DNA of 51,647 bases, taken from the NCBI GenBank assembly GCA_038087875.1, contig JAXLNO010000548.1, positions 188,001-239,647 on the forward strand, written 5' to 3'. The position numbers were made by a program, and so were the translations under genes. The first letter of the stretch is position 1; each line of letters opens with the position of its first letter. Shown here in pieces: positions 23,261 through 35,601 of this stretch. Origin of the DNA: Malacoraja senta (Eukaryota). A model generated the notes under the pieces. It was not told the origin of the DNA. It made no database searches and was given only the letters and a program-made list of their open reading frames with translations.

Positions 23261-23989
23261 TTCGTATTGCCCCAGTGTACCCATTGGACCTTGTTTAAAA
23301 AAATGATGGTCCACGAGAAGCTACAAATCTGGGAACCTCATTCTGTTCTCTGTATATCTACCTATTGTCATGGAGTCAAACAGTAAGGGAACAGACCCTT
23401 CAACCCAGCTCGCCCATGCCGACTAATGTGCCCCATCTACGCTACCCCACTTACAGAGTTTGGGAAAAATCACTCTAAACCTTTTTATCCATGCACCTGT
23501 CCAATGTGTTTTAAATATTGTCATAGCTTCTGGCTTAGCGACGTCCTTTGGCAGCTCATTCTATGTACCCAACACCGTCTGTGCAAATCTATATTCCCAC
23601 AACCCCTGTGTGAATACATAGACCCAGCACCCTCTGTCCTCGCCTCTGTATCTATTTATGGTACATCTGATCAGTCTGAATAGCATGAACAACAAAGGGT
23701 TTAATGTTCTTCGGTACATGTGACAATAATGGACATAACCCAAAAGCTAAAATGCCATGCGTCTCACATCGTAATTGTGTACAACACCACAAATCCAGCG
23801 GGATGTCTCATGGTTTATCGACGGACTACATCATCCTTCGCTCCACCTGCGCACCTCGGCACAGTTTAATAACATGTGTTGTACATGTAGGAGGGGATTT
23901 TGTGCTTTACCCGTACCCTATATCTAACTTTACTCAGATAGGCACAGACAACAAATAAAACAGCTCATAGATCAGTGGCTAGTCAACCG

Positions 23990-24330
23990 AACAAGTCGAT
24001 TTAATACAGGCCTCAGCGATGTACATCGCGAAACAGTGTGAGGAAGCTCAAGCTGCTTCAAAATCCCACGGTAACTGTAGGATTCTTCTACCCTCGTGAC
24101 ACAATGGTTACTTGTGGAGTTGAAATACAACATCATTAATCAATGCCTCTGTAACCTTTCATCTTTGCGTTTCCCCAAAGTTAACTTTAGTCTTGGGTTT
24201 CTTGTTGTTTCGGAATCTCCTTCCCACGTATCTAACATGTAGATATCATAAATGTCCAGATTCTTCTCAACAAATGGAGTCCACCCGTAAAGGAGATCGT
24301 TTGTGAACCTTTTGGAGACGTGCCTGCTAA
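23990..24330 (+). pseudogene. Decayed copy of the repeated module
   Basis: QVDLIQASAM / PTVTVGF / LVTQWLLVEL...NLS...VVSES / INVQILL, collinear with [10 protein letters not shown] / TINVGF / LTGWILTEI...NVS...ISE / EVQIWL. Frameshifted. Confidence 0.45.
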
Positions 24331-24715
24331 GCACAGTAACCAAAGTAGCTGTAATGCAAGATTGCAACAGATATGAACCTACTGTGGACAGGACTACAAA
24401 AGACTATCCACCCCCTACTGATAAGGAAGCCTGCTTCTCAGCAGAATGTTTCAGCTTTAGCTAATTTAACTACATTCAATCTTAGCAAAGCTCCAATCAT
24501 GCTCCGCAGTATGTGACCTGCAGGGTTAAATAAACTACAACTTACTCATCTTCATTTTGATTCTCAACGTTTCCGACAAAAGTACACATTTTGTATTTGT
24601 GTTTTTGCAGACCGTGAATTCTCCGATTGCACATATCGAGTTCCACGAAGATCGGAATTATATAATGCAGCTTAAGCAAATGTCATTCATTCCTACAAAT
24701 ATACGGACAATTTAA

Positions 24716-26185
24716 GCAACCTATACCCGGCCACTGACACCCTCCTCCGCCTAGCGGAGCTGGTCCTTACCCTCAATAACTTCTCATTTGACTCCTCCCA
24801 TTTCCTCCAAATACAAGGCGTAGCTATGGGCACACGCATGGGCCCCAGCTACGCCTGCCTCTTTGCCGGGTACGTAGAACAATCCTTGTTCAATACGTAC
24901 CAGGGCCCCATCCCCGATCTCGACCTCCGCTACATCGATGACTGTTTTGGTGCCACCTCCTGCACCCACACACAACTGACTGACTTCATCCACTTCACCA
25001 CCAACTTCCATCCGGCACTCAAATACACCTGGACCATTTCCGACACTTCCCTACCATTCCTTGACCTCACTATCTCCATCGCAGGTGATAGACTTCATAC
25101 CGACATCCACTCCAAACCTACCGACTCCCATGGCGATCTGGACTACACTTCTTCCCACCCTGCTTCCTGTAAGGACTCCATCCCCCACTCACAATTCCTC
25201 CGTCTACGCCGCATCTGCTCACAGGATGAGGCGTTCCACACCAGGGATTCCGAAATGTCCTAATTCTTCAGGGAACGGGGGTTCCCCTCCTCCACCATTG
25301 ATGAGGCTCGCACCAGGGTCTCTGCCGTACCCCGAAACACTGCTCTCTCTCCCCATCCCCCCACTCCCAACAAAGGCAGAGTCCCTCTAGTCCTCACCTT
25401 TCACCCCACCAGCCGTCACATACAACAAGTGATCCTCCGTCAGTTTCGCCACTTCCTACGTGACCCCACCACTCGCCACATCTTCCCATCCCCCCCATGT
25501 CTGCCTTCCGCAAAGACCGCTCCCTCCGTAACTCCCTTGTCAATTCTTCCCTACCCTCCCGTACCACCCCCTCCCCGGGTACTTTCCCTTGCAACCGCAA
25601 GAGATGCAACACTTGTCCCTTCACCTCCCCCCCTCGATTCCATTCAATGACCCAAGCAATCGTTCCAGGTGCGACAGAGGTTCACCTGCATCTCCTCCAA
25701 CCTCATCTATTGCATCCGCTGCTCTAGATGTCAGCTGATCTACATCGGTGAGACCAAGCGGAGGCTTGGCAATCGTTTCGCCGAACACCTCCGGTCGGTC
25801 CGCAATAACCAACCTGACCTCCCGGTGGCTCAGCACTTCAACTCCGACTCCCATTCCGTATCTGACCTCACTGTCCTTGGTCTCCTCCGTGTCCACAGCG
25901 AGCAACACCGGAAATTGGAGGAAATGCAACTCAAAGTCCGTTTGGGCAGTCTACATCCTGGGGGCAAGAACATTGAATTCTCCCAACTCTGCTAGCCCTT
26001 GCTGTCCCCTCCCCTTCATCAACCCTCTGGTTGTCTCCTCCCATCCCCCAGCCCTCGGGCTCCTCCTTTCCTTTCTTCTCCCCACCCCCTATCAGTCTGA
26101 AGAAGGGTTTCGGCTCGAAACGTTGCCTATTTCCTTCGCTCCATAGATGCTGCTGCACCCGCTGAGTTTCTCCAGCATTTTTGTG
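24716..26185 (+). mobile_element. 5'-truncated Penelope-like element (RT C-half + GIY-YIG + hammerhead tail) with 14-bp TSD
   Basis: GVAMGTRMGPSYA, RYIDD, LPFLDL, IYCIRC..C..IYIGETKR. TACGGACAATTTAA at 24702-24715 and 26186-26199. Confidence 0.93.
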
Positions 26186-26569
26186 TACGGACAATTTAAA
26201 GTTGCATTTAAACAATGTACTTGCGACAGTAATATTCCTAGCCTAACCTAACCAAACCCAATGGTCAGAGATAAGTACCAGATATGATCAGAGCCGGAGT
26301 GATGGCGAATAAAATAGACACAGACAGCCTTGATATTTAAGACACCTGATGAATGGTTGTTAAGCACAAACAAACAGTTGGACAAATGCGAAGAGAGAGT
26401 GAAGACTGGGGCAGGAGGAGTAACTCAGTAAAAACGCTGCTGCTGTATTGCAGTCCGCAGTAATTGTCGGGCATCTACACATACAAGAGGAAAACAGGAA
26501 ATACTCAGATGATCTGAAGACATCGTGGAGAGAGGAGGGACATCTAATGTTATAAATGGATGTCCTGAT

Positions 26570-26740
26570 CAAATCCCCGATGCTGGTGAAGTAAATGCAC
26601 GATATGGTGTCGTTTCACAAAATACAAGAATGCCGCACTCCGCATTAGAGTGCAAACTGGCGCATCAGGGCACCTGAACATTGATCCAGAATCAGGTGCT
26701 GCCGAACATTTATTGCTCAACACAAATAACGAAAGATGGT
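26570..26740 (+). pseudogene. Possible partial copy of the repeated module
   Basis: EVNARYGVVSQNT and AEHLLL resemble KVNFSLGFLVVSES (24.2 kb) and GEHVFL (36.3 kb). Weak. Confidence 0.25.
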
Positions 26741-27129
26741 CACCTATTTACCTCTTGCTACTTTCGAGATGGCAGCTAGATTTCCAAACGTAGTGACTGC
26801 AAATACCAGCATCGACTCAACATGAGTCCTACGTCAGATCCTGTTTAATATGGAAAATAGGAACAGCCTCGCACTGTAAATGATGCGTTCAGCAGTGTGT
26901 ACCTGTATGTGATAGGGGATGCAGTGGCTATTATCTCCAAACGCCGGGACCGAGGTATCTTCTCCGCCTCTACCGCGGAATGCTCGATTTTAGCACCGAC
27001 AATCCTCAGTCAGTGAGGATAGGTAACACCTCATCCAAAGCAACACCGGACCCTACATTAAATCATTTTCAGTCCGCTACTATATCTCCTTTACATTGAG
27101 TACTGGCCGAAATTTGTATCAATGGTACA

Positions 27130-27555
27130 ATAGACAATAGACAATAGGTGCAGGAGTAGTCCATTGGCGCCTTCGAGCCAGCACCGCCATTCAATGTGAT
27201 CATGGCTGATCATCCACAATCAGTGTCCCGTTCCTGCCTTCTCCCCATATCCCCTGATTCCGCTATCTTTCAGAGCCCTATTAAGTTCTCTCTTGAAAGT
27301 ATCCAGAGAACCGGCCTCCACCGCCCTCTGAGGTAGAGAATTCCACAGACTCGCAGCAACTCTGTGTGAACAAATGTTTCCTCATCTCCCTTCTAAATGC
27401 CTTACCCCTTATTCTTAAACTATGGCCCCTGGTTCAGGACTCCCTCAACATCGGGAACATGTTTCCTGCCTCTCGCGTGTCCAAACCCTTAATCGTCTTA
27501 TATGTTTCAATAAGATGCCCTCTCACCCTTCTAAATTCCAGAGTATACAAGCCCG
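27130..27555 (-). mobile_element. CR1-type LINE 3' end
   Basis: Reverse complement of the CR1 C-terminus/3'UTR with (CTATTGT)n tail. Confidence 0.85.
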
Positions 27556-29979
27556 TAGACTAGTGTACAGTTCAATTCGCTTCTAGAGCATTGCGGATAT
27601 TTAAAATTATCTAAGTAACTGATGCACGAAAATACACACCAATGCTGCCAACTATATTCTGTATTCTGCATCTTCCACGTTACTCTATCTTTGTTCATAG
27701 AATCATCGAATCCTACAACATGGTAATGGGACTTTCTACCCTGCTTGCCCATGCCGACCATTGTGCCCCATCTACACTAGTCACCCCTTCCCGCATCTCG
27801 CCCACATCACTCTAAATCATTCCTATCCATGCAGCAGTCCAGCTGTCTTTGAAAGATGCGCTAATATATGCCGCAATCACCTCATATGTCAATTCATTCT
27901 CTGTGTAAATCCGTATATCCACTGCTCGAGTTGTAACTAATACTGTATATATATGGTATATCTAGTGTGTCTGGATTGCACGCAAAACAAAGCTTTTTAT
28001 TTTAGCTCGGGACATGCAACAATAAACTTAAATATGAAGCTGATATTTGAACGCCTCTCCTCTTAATTGTTTACAACATCGCGATCCCAGCGGGATGTCT
28101 CATTACATCATCCACTGTTCCAGATCAGACCTTCTGCAAATTTAAATAATAGTTTTGCAAACATTTGTTGCTTTGTGATTTTACAAAACTCAAATTATCC
28201 AACTGCACTTGTCCAGTTCTACGGAGAACGGATTGATGCAAAGTGGCTTGAGCAAATGTTGTTCATTCTCACAAATACACGGACAATTCAGGGGTTGATG
28301 GAAATAACCAACAATATTCAGCATGATATTCTAAGTAATTAAATATATTCGGCATTCTGTATCTTCCTCCTCGCTCCATCTGCAGGACTTTAACTGGTTG
28401 TAGTTTAAGATAGAATTAGACTTAGCTCTAACGGCTGAGGGAATCAAAGGATATGTGGAAAAGCCAGAACGGGTTACTGATTTTGGATGATCATCTTGAA
28501 TGGCAGAGCTGGCTCGAAGGGCCGAATGGCCTACTCCTGCACCTATTTTCTATGTTTCTATGCATCTGTAAAATGGCATATCTGAACTGAATGGATAACG
28601 TGCAATGCCACGCTTTTCACTGTACCTCGAAATATCTGACAATAATAACCAAGCCTAACCTCAGCTAAACTAATGATCTGACATAAGTACCAACTATGAT
28701 CAGAGAGGGATACTCGTACCATGATGGCTACTATGATTGTCCATGTAACACCAACAGTATTGATATACAAGAGAAGGTGTTGGATGGGGGTGAACAAATG
28801 CGAAGACAAGGTGCGAAGTGGGGACAGGAGGAAGAACTCAGTAAAACACCTGATACCTTATCGTGGACCGTATTAATGACCGTGCATCTGCAATACAGGA
28901 GGAAAACATAGTATAGTCATAAGACTCAGATAACATCCGTCCAGGCAGAAAACATATTTGATGTCAGAAGTGAATGATCTTATCAATGTTCAAACCATGT
29001 ACCCAACATTCTCTATTTGTGTCAAGTCTTCCCTTCAGGTTCCTTGTAAATCTTGCTGTTCTCACATTAAACCTATGAGATCTGCCTTTTGATTCTCACA
29101 CCTGGGGAAAATGGACTTCATTCAGCCTATCTATTCCTCTCATGATTTTATACACCTTCATATCATCACCCCTCAGTCTCCTTCGCTCCAGGGAATAAAT
29201 TCCTCACCTCTCCCTGCAGCTCGGTCTCACAAGGAAAGAGTAGTGCAGTCGTGCTGTGTTAATGCTATCCAATAACTGAATCGCATTTTCTAGCACTTGG
29301 TCCATAGAGTATTATGCCTTAGCCCTCTCCCTTTTAAAGAAGGTGATACTTACCTTTGAAGCGGTGTAGAGTCAGGTGGAGATTTATCCCTCGCATCAAG
29401 TGGCTGTGAAACGACCAATAATTGACCAGATCCTCTACTCTGTGCAGTTGGTGAGAACAACAAGTCGGTAATTGACGCCGATATGTGGGAGTTTGCGAGG
29501 CCCTGAGATGGAGCTTCAGAGCATTTAACAACGGGTATATGGATGGTTACGTTAGGATCAGATGATCAGAATATGAATTCACTTTGGAGTGACTGAGATG
29601 TGATGTAATTTACTCTCTCGGATATGTCTGAATCTCGAGTACCCTCTACCCCAGAACAACAGTGGTGCCCATGTATTAAATAAAAACAGGGTTGGAGCGA
29701 AGCTTCTTGTGGACAATAGGGAACTGAAGACCAATGTGACCAGGTATGGAAAAGAACTTGAGACCAGGATAAGGTTGTTAATGATGATATTAAATGTCTG
29801 AACAGGCTTAAGCTTGGCATTATGTGTGTGGCCGTGTGTAGCTGTGTCCACAGTCGGGGCTTGGGGGGGGGGAGGGAGAGGGCTGGTTGTTATCTCCGAA
29901 CTCAAGGACCTGGGAATGTGCTCTGCCCTCTGCCACTGCTTCCTCGTCTCTATTGCATTTTATGAGTGATGTTTATTTA

Positions 29980-30385
29980 TGTAGGATAAGGGGGGACTTG
30001 ATAGAGGTCTTTAAATTTATGAGAGGGATAGACAGAGTGGACGTGGATAAGCTTTTCCCAATGAGAGTAGCAAAGATTCAAACAAGAGGACATGACTTGA
30101 GAATTAAGGGATAGAAGTTTAGGGGTAACATGAGGGGGAACGTCTTCACAGAGAGTGGTAGCTGTGTGGAATGAGCTTCCAGTGGAAGTGGTGGAGGCAG
30201 GTTCGATTTTATCATTTAAAAATAAATTGGATAGGTATATGGACGGGAAAGGAATGGAGGGTTATGGTCTGAGTGCATGTAGATGGGACTAGCGGAAAAT
30301 AAGTGTTCGGCACGGACTTGAAGGGCCGAGATGGCCTGTTTCCGTACTGTAATTGTTATATGGTTATATGGTTGTTATATGGTTA
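29980..30385 (+). mobile_element. CR1-type LINE 3' end with (GTTATATG)n tail
   Basis: RIRGDLIEVFKFMRGIDRVD...QTRGHDLRIKG. Same subfamily as 44295-44690. Confidence 0.85.
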
Positions 30386-30489
30386 TGTGTAAGAGTGCAT
30401 TGCCGTGCGTAAGGGTGGGTAATTGTGTGAATTGTGTGAGTGTGTGAGATTGTGAGTGCCTGTGAGGGTGCGTTTGTGTGGAATATGCA

Positions 30490-32670
30490 ATGACGCGGTT
30501 TGGGGAAAGCACTAATGGAGTGATACGCAGTTGGAAATTATTGATGGAGTGACACACTGTGGGGGAGACTGAAAGCATGACACACAGTGGGGCAATACTG
30601 ATGGAGTGACACAAAGAGGGATAGTTCAGATGGAATGCCACATTGTGTAGTACTGATGGAGTGATAGTTAAGCTGGATTGGCAGTGTGGGGATAGTTAAG
30701 CTGGATTGACAGTGTGGGGATAGTTAAGCTGGATTGACACTGTGGGGAGAGTTAAGCTGGATTGACACTGTGGGGATAGTTAAGCTGCATTGACACTGTG
30801 GGGATAGTTAAGCTGGATTGACACTGTGGGGATAGTTAAGCTGCATTGACACTGTGGGGATAGTTAAGCTGCATTGACACTGCGGGGATAGTTAAGATGG
30901 ATTGACACACTGTGGGGATAGTTAAGCTGCATGGACACTGTGGGGATAGTTAAGCTGCATTGACACTGTGGGGATAGTTAAGCTGCATTGACACTGTGGG
31001 GATAGTTAAGCTGCATTGACACTGCGGGGATAGTTAAGCTGGATTGACACACTGTGGGGATAGTTAAGCTGCATTGACACTGTGGGGATAGTTAAGATGC
31101 ATTGACACTGTGGGGATAGTTGAGCTGCATTGACACCGTGGGGATAGTTAAGCTGGATTGACACTGTGGGGATAGTTAAGCTGCATTGACACTGTGGGGA
31201 TAGTTAAGCTGCATTGACACTGTGGGGATAGTTAAGCTGGATTGACACACTGTGGTGTAGTACTGGTGGAGTGGTGCCCAACGGGGTGACATTGATGGGA
31301 TACACATTTTGGAATAGTACTGATGGATTGGCCCACTGTTGTATGTTACTGATGGACTGGCACACTGTGGTGCTATACTAATGGAGTGACGCACTGTGTG
31401 ATAGTACTGATGGAATGACGCACTGTGGTGTATTACTGATGGACTGACGTACTGCGGGTTAGTACTGATGAATGACACACTGTGGGTGTTTCTGAAGAAG
31501 TGAAATACTGTGGGGTAGTAATGATGGAGTGAATCACTGTGGGGTAGTACTGATGGAGAGACACACTGTGGGGGTAGTACTGATGGAGAGACACACGGTG
31601 GGGTAGTACTGATGGAGAGACACACTGTGGGGTAGTACTGATGGAGAGACACACTGTGGGGTAGTACTGATGGAGAGACACACTATGGGGTAGTACTGAT
31701 GGAGAGACACACTGTGGGGTAGTACTGATGGAGAGATACACGGTGGGGTAGTACTGATGGAGAGACACACTGTGGGGTAGTACTGATGGAGAGAATCACT
31801 ATGGGGTAGTACTGATGGAGACACACTATGGGGTAGTACTGATGGCGTGAATCACTATGGGGCAGTACTGATGGAGAGACACACTATTGGATAGTACTGA
31901 TGGAGAGACACACTGTGGGGTCGTACTGTTGTAGTGAAACTTTGGGAGTGCTGTTAGAGTGACACACTATGGGGTAGTACTGATACAGTGACAAACTGGG
32001 CAGAACGGACGGAATGGCACACTTTATATTACGGATGGAACGACACACTGTGGGGTAGTACTGATGGAGAGACACACTGTGGGGTAGTACTGATGGAGAG
32101 ACACACTGTGGGGTAGTACTGATGGAGAGACACACTGTGGGGTAGTACTGATGGAGAGACACACTGTGGGGTAGTACTGATGGAGAGACACGCTGTGGGG
32201 TAGTAAGGTTGGAGTGACAATATATAGGGTAGTACGATTGGCGTGATAGACTGCGGGATACTACTGATGGAGTGACACACGATGGGGCAGTACTGATGGC
32301 GTTAAACACGGTGTGGACGTAGTGATGGAGAGACTCACTGTGCAGTAGTACTCATGGCGTGACTCACTGTGCAGCAGTACTGATGGCCGGACACACTGTG
32401 CAGTACTACTGATGGCGTGACACACTGTGGAGTAGTACTGATGGCGTGACACACTGTGCAGTAGTACTGATGGCGTGACACACTGTGCAGTAGTACTGAT
32501 GAAATGACACTGTGTAATACTACTGATGAAGTGTCACGCTGTGGGGTAGTTCTGATGTAATGACACACTGTGGGGTTGTACTGACGGAGTGACAGTGTGG
32601 AATAGTACTGATGTAATAACACACTGTGTTGTAGTACTGATAGGGAGATACTCTATGGGGCAGTAGTCGT
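30490..32670. repeat. Minisatellite with 28-bp and 29-bp subarrays
   Basis: TGACACTGTGGGGATAGTTAAGCTGCAT (~30660-31250) and ACACACTGTGGGGTAGTACTGATGGAGAG (~31530-32200) within a degenerate array. Confidence 0.95.
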
Positions 32671-32789
32671 GTAATGATAATTTTCATACATTTGTTTAAA
32701 CATTTTCCACTCTTCCACCCGCTTCTCTTTGAGCTTTAGATTGGGTGGTGGAGCCACGTGGAAAGATGAACTGGCCTGCGCTGCCACTT

Positions 32790-33570
32790 CCATCCGGAAG
32801 CAGCTGCGGCTCGCCTGCAGTCGCCTGTCTTTGTCTTTTTTTGTTTTCTTTTGTCTTATTAGACGTATGTTTTAGTTGTGTCTAGTTGTGTATATGTGGG
32901 GAGAGGGGGAAAGATTTTTTTAATCTCTTCCTTCAACGGGGATGCGTCCTTTTCCTTGTCATATCTCCGTCTGCGTCTGTGCCGAGGCCTAATATCGGGG
33001 AGCTGGCGGCCTCAAACTGGAATCGACTTTGGGGGCTCCGGTGGCAGAGCCTGTGGACTTCCTATCGCGGAGCTGGCTGACTTTGGAGGCTGCGGTGGCG
33101 CTGTGGCTGCGACCCGACTTCGGGGCTTCGGGGGCTTCGGCCGCAGGCCCTGTGGACGGTAACATCGGGAGCTGGCAGGTCCCTGCTTGGTGACTGATTT
33201 TCGGGAGCTCCCGCAATAGCTGGACTGGAGGGTGGCGGCTTCGTCCGCCCCGGGTCGCGGAGTTTCAGTCGGCCCGTTCCTGGAGCTTGGAATCGGCAGC
33301 GGGATTTACCCATCACACGGCGGGGGCTTTAACATCGATAGCCTCAATCGCCTCGACGCAGCGGGAGAACAAGCAAGGAAGAGATAAGGCTTTTTGTCTT
33401 CCATCACTGTGAGGAGGTGCCTGGAGATCCCTCAACAATGGATGTTTGTGTTAAATTGTGTTCATTGTTTGTTTTGTTGCTGTTCTTCTCTCTTGACTGC
33501 AAGGTACGCAATTTCGTTCAAACTATTGTTTGAATGACAATAAAGGAAATTCAATTCAATTCAATTCAAT
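32790..33570 (+). mobile_element. GC-rich non-coding retroelement with tgacaataaa + (AATTC)n tail
   Basis: Same architecture as 39546-40437: T-rich segment, GC-rich body, polyA signal, short-repeat tail. Confidence 0.6.
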
Positions 33571-33931
33571 ATCATCGTATCCCGTCGCTCTTAATGGCTT
33601 ACGTATCGTTTAGCTTTAAGCGCAACGCGCGACTGCGTACTTTGCGTAATATTCTCTAATATCTTCTACTACTATCAAAAATATTTTCGAAACAAAACTT
33701 GTTTTTATCTGTTTCCATTCAGCGTGTGCTATCTTTAAGCATCTTATCTTTGTGTGCTCACTGGCCTGCGTATCATCCACTCATGCATGCAGCTAGTCGG
33801 TCGCTGAGCATTGAAACACTGATTCCTGAAAGCTTTTCAAAGCATTTTTGCTAATCATCATAGAATCCATTTTATCCACATATCTTTATTTTCACCGCTA
33901 CCACCATGTTTTGATATGTGTCTGCTTACGA

Positions 33932-34107
33932 TGTACGTAAAACTAGCACTTATTAGACGGAGAAAGATGGCTCCACACACACTCGTGTAGGAATCAAAAG
34001 CAAGAATGATTTATTTCCAAGTTAAAGGTCACTGACTGATTTACATAATTATATGCGCAAGTCTGAGCATGTGCGAGAATGAGTACAGCTCATATGCATA
34101 AATTACA
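33932..34107 (-). mobile_element. Possible short solo LTR
   Basis: TGTAA...TACA termini with internal AATAAA on the minus strand. No clean TSD. Confidence 0.35.
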
Positions 34108-34119
34108 TGGATATTGTCG

Positions 34120-34740
34120 CAAAAGCTGATGGCATGTTGGCCTTCATAACAACAGGAGTTGAGTAATGAGCAAAGAGGTCCTTCTACAGTTGGACAGGCC
34201 CTGGAGAGACCACACCTGGAATATTGTGTGCAGTTTTGTATTCCGATTTTGAGAAAGGACGTTCTTGCTATGGTTTACACGGTTAATTCCCGGGATGGCG
34301 TAACTGTCATATGTCGAAAGAATGGTGCGACTGGGTTTGTATACACTGGAATTTAGAAGGATGAGAGGGTATCTTATTGAAACGTATAAGATTATTAAGG
34401 GATTGGACACGCTTGAGGCAGGAAACGTGTTCCCGATGTTGGAGGTGTCTAGAACCAGGGGTCACAGTTTAAGAATAAGGTGAAGCCATTTAGAACGGAG
34501 ATGAGGAAACACTTTCTCACCCAGAGAGTTGTGAATCTGTGGAATTCTCTGCCTCAGAAGGCAGTGGGGGCCTATTCTCTGGATGTTTTCAAGAGAGAGT
34601 TAGATAGAGGTCATAAAGATAGCAGATTCAAGGGATATAGGGAGAAGGCATGAACGGGGTAATGATTGTGGATGATCAGCCATGATCACAGCGAATGGTG
34701 GTGCTGGCTCGAAGGGACGAATGGCCTACTTCCGCACCTT
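34120..34740 (+). mobile_element. CR1-type LINE 3' fragment
   Basis: RPHLEYCVQF, TRGHSLRI and CR1 3'UTR. Confidence 0.85.
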
Positions 34741-35101
34741 GACCACGTACATTTCAACGAGGGCTCCCGCAATTCCCACTCTAGTTTCGTACAATCTCCT
34801 CGGATATGTCTGATCAGGCCCTGGAGATTGTCTACCTTGATACACGGTAGTACCATCAGTACTTCTTCGACGGTAACACTGACTGCTCTCAAGAAACGTC
34901 CATTGACTGTCCCAAGATCCTCCGTCCGACTCTTTTTATCCTCGAAAAATACAGAGGAGGGATACTTATTGAGGATCTTGTCCATCTCCTGTGACTCCAC
35001 ACAGAGGTGACCACCTCGATCCATGAGAGGTCCCACTTTCTCTGTAGTTACCCCTTTCCCCTTGGCCGCAGACTGTTATGCTTTGACGTTATATCTTTCA
35101 A

Positions 35102-35313
35102 GGAGCACGATACGCGTCTTCAGCTCGGTGCAGAGACTGAAGTCGAAATTTATCCCTTGGCAAAAATGGCCGCCAAAGGACCAACAGTTTATCAGATCGT
35201 CTACCCTGTGCAGTTTGGAACAACGACAAGTAATTTTATTGACACAATAAACGTAGGCTTCTGAGAGGCCTTGACAGGATAAATAGATAGATAGATAGAT
35301 AGATAGATAGATG

Positions 35314-35352
<39 letters not shown>

Positions 35353-35353
35353 G

Positions 35354-35427
<74 letters not shown>

Positions 35428-35436
35428 GAGATAGAG

Positions 35437-35492
<56 letters not shown>

Positions 35493-35509
35493 TGATAGAT
35501 TGATAGATT

Positions 35510-35601
<92 letters not shown>

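Noticed and set aside
30660..32200. 28/29-bp repeats of CRISPR-like length and their ORFs
   Set aside because: Head-to-tail units with no unique spacers, no cas genes and a eukaryotic context.
35102..35280. Ig J/C1-like reading (LGAETEVEI...PTVYQ)
   Set aside because: The canonical B- and F-strand cysteines are absent and the paralogous copies do not keep Ig hallmarks.
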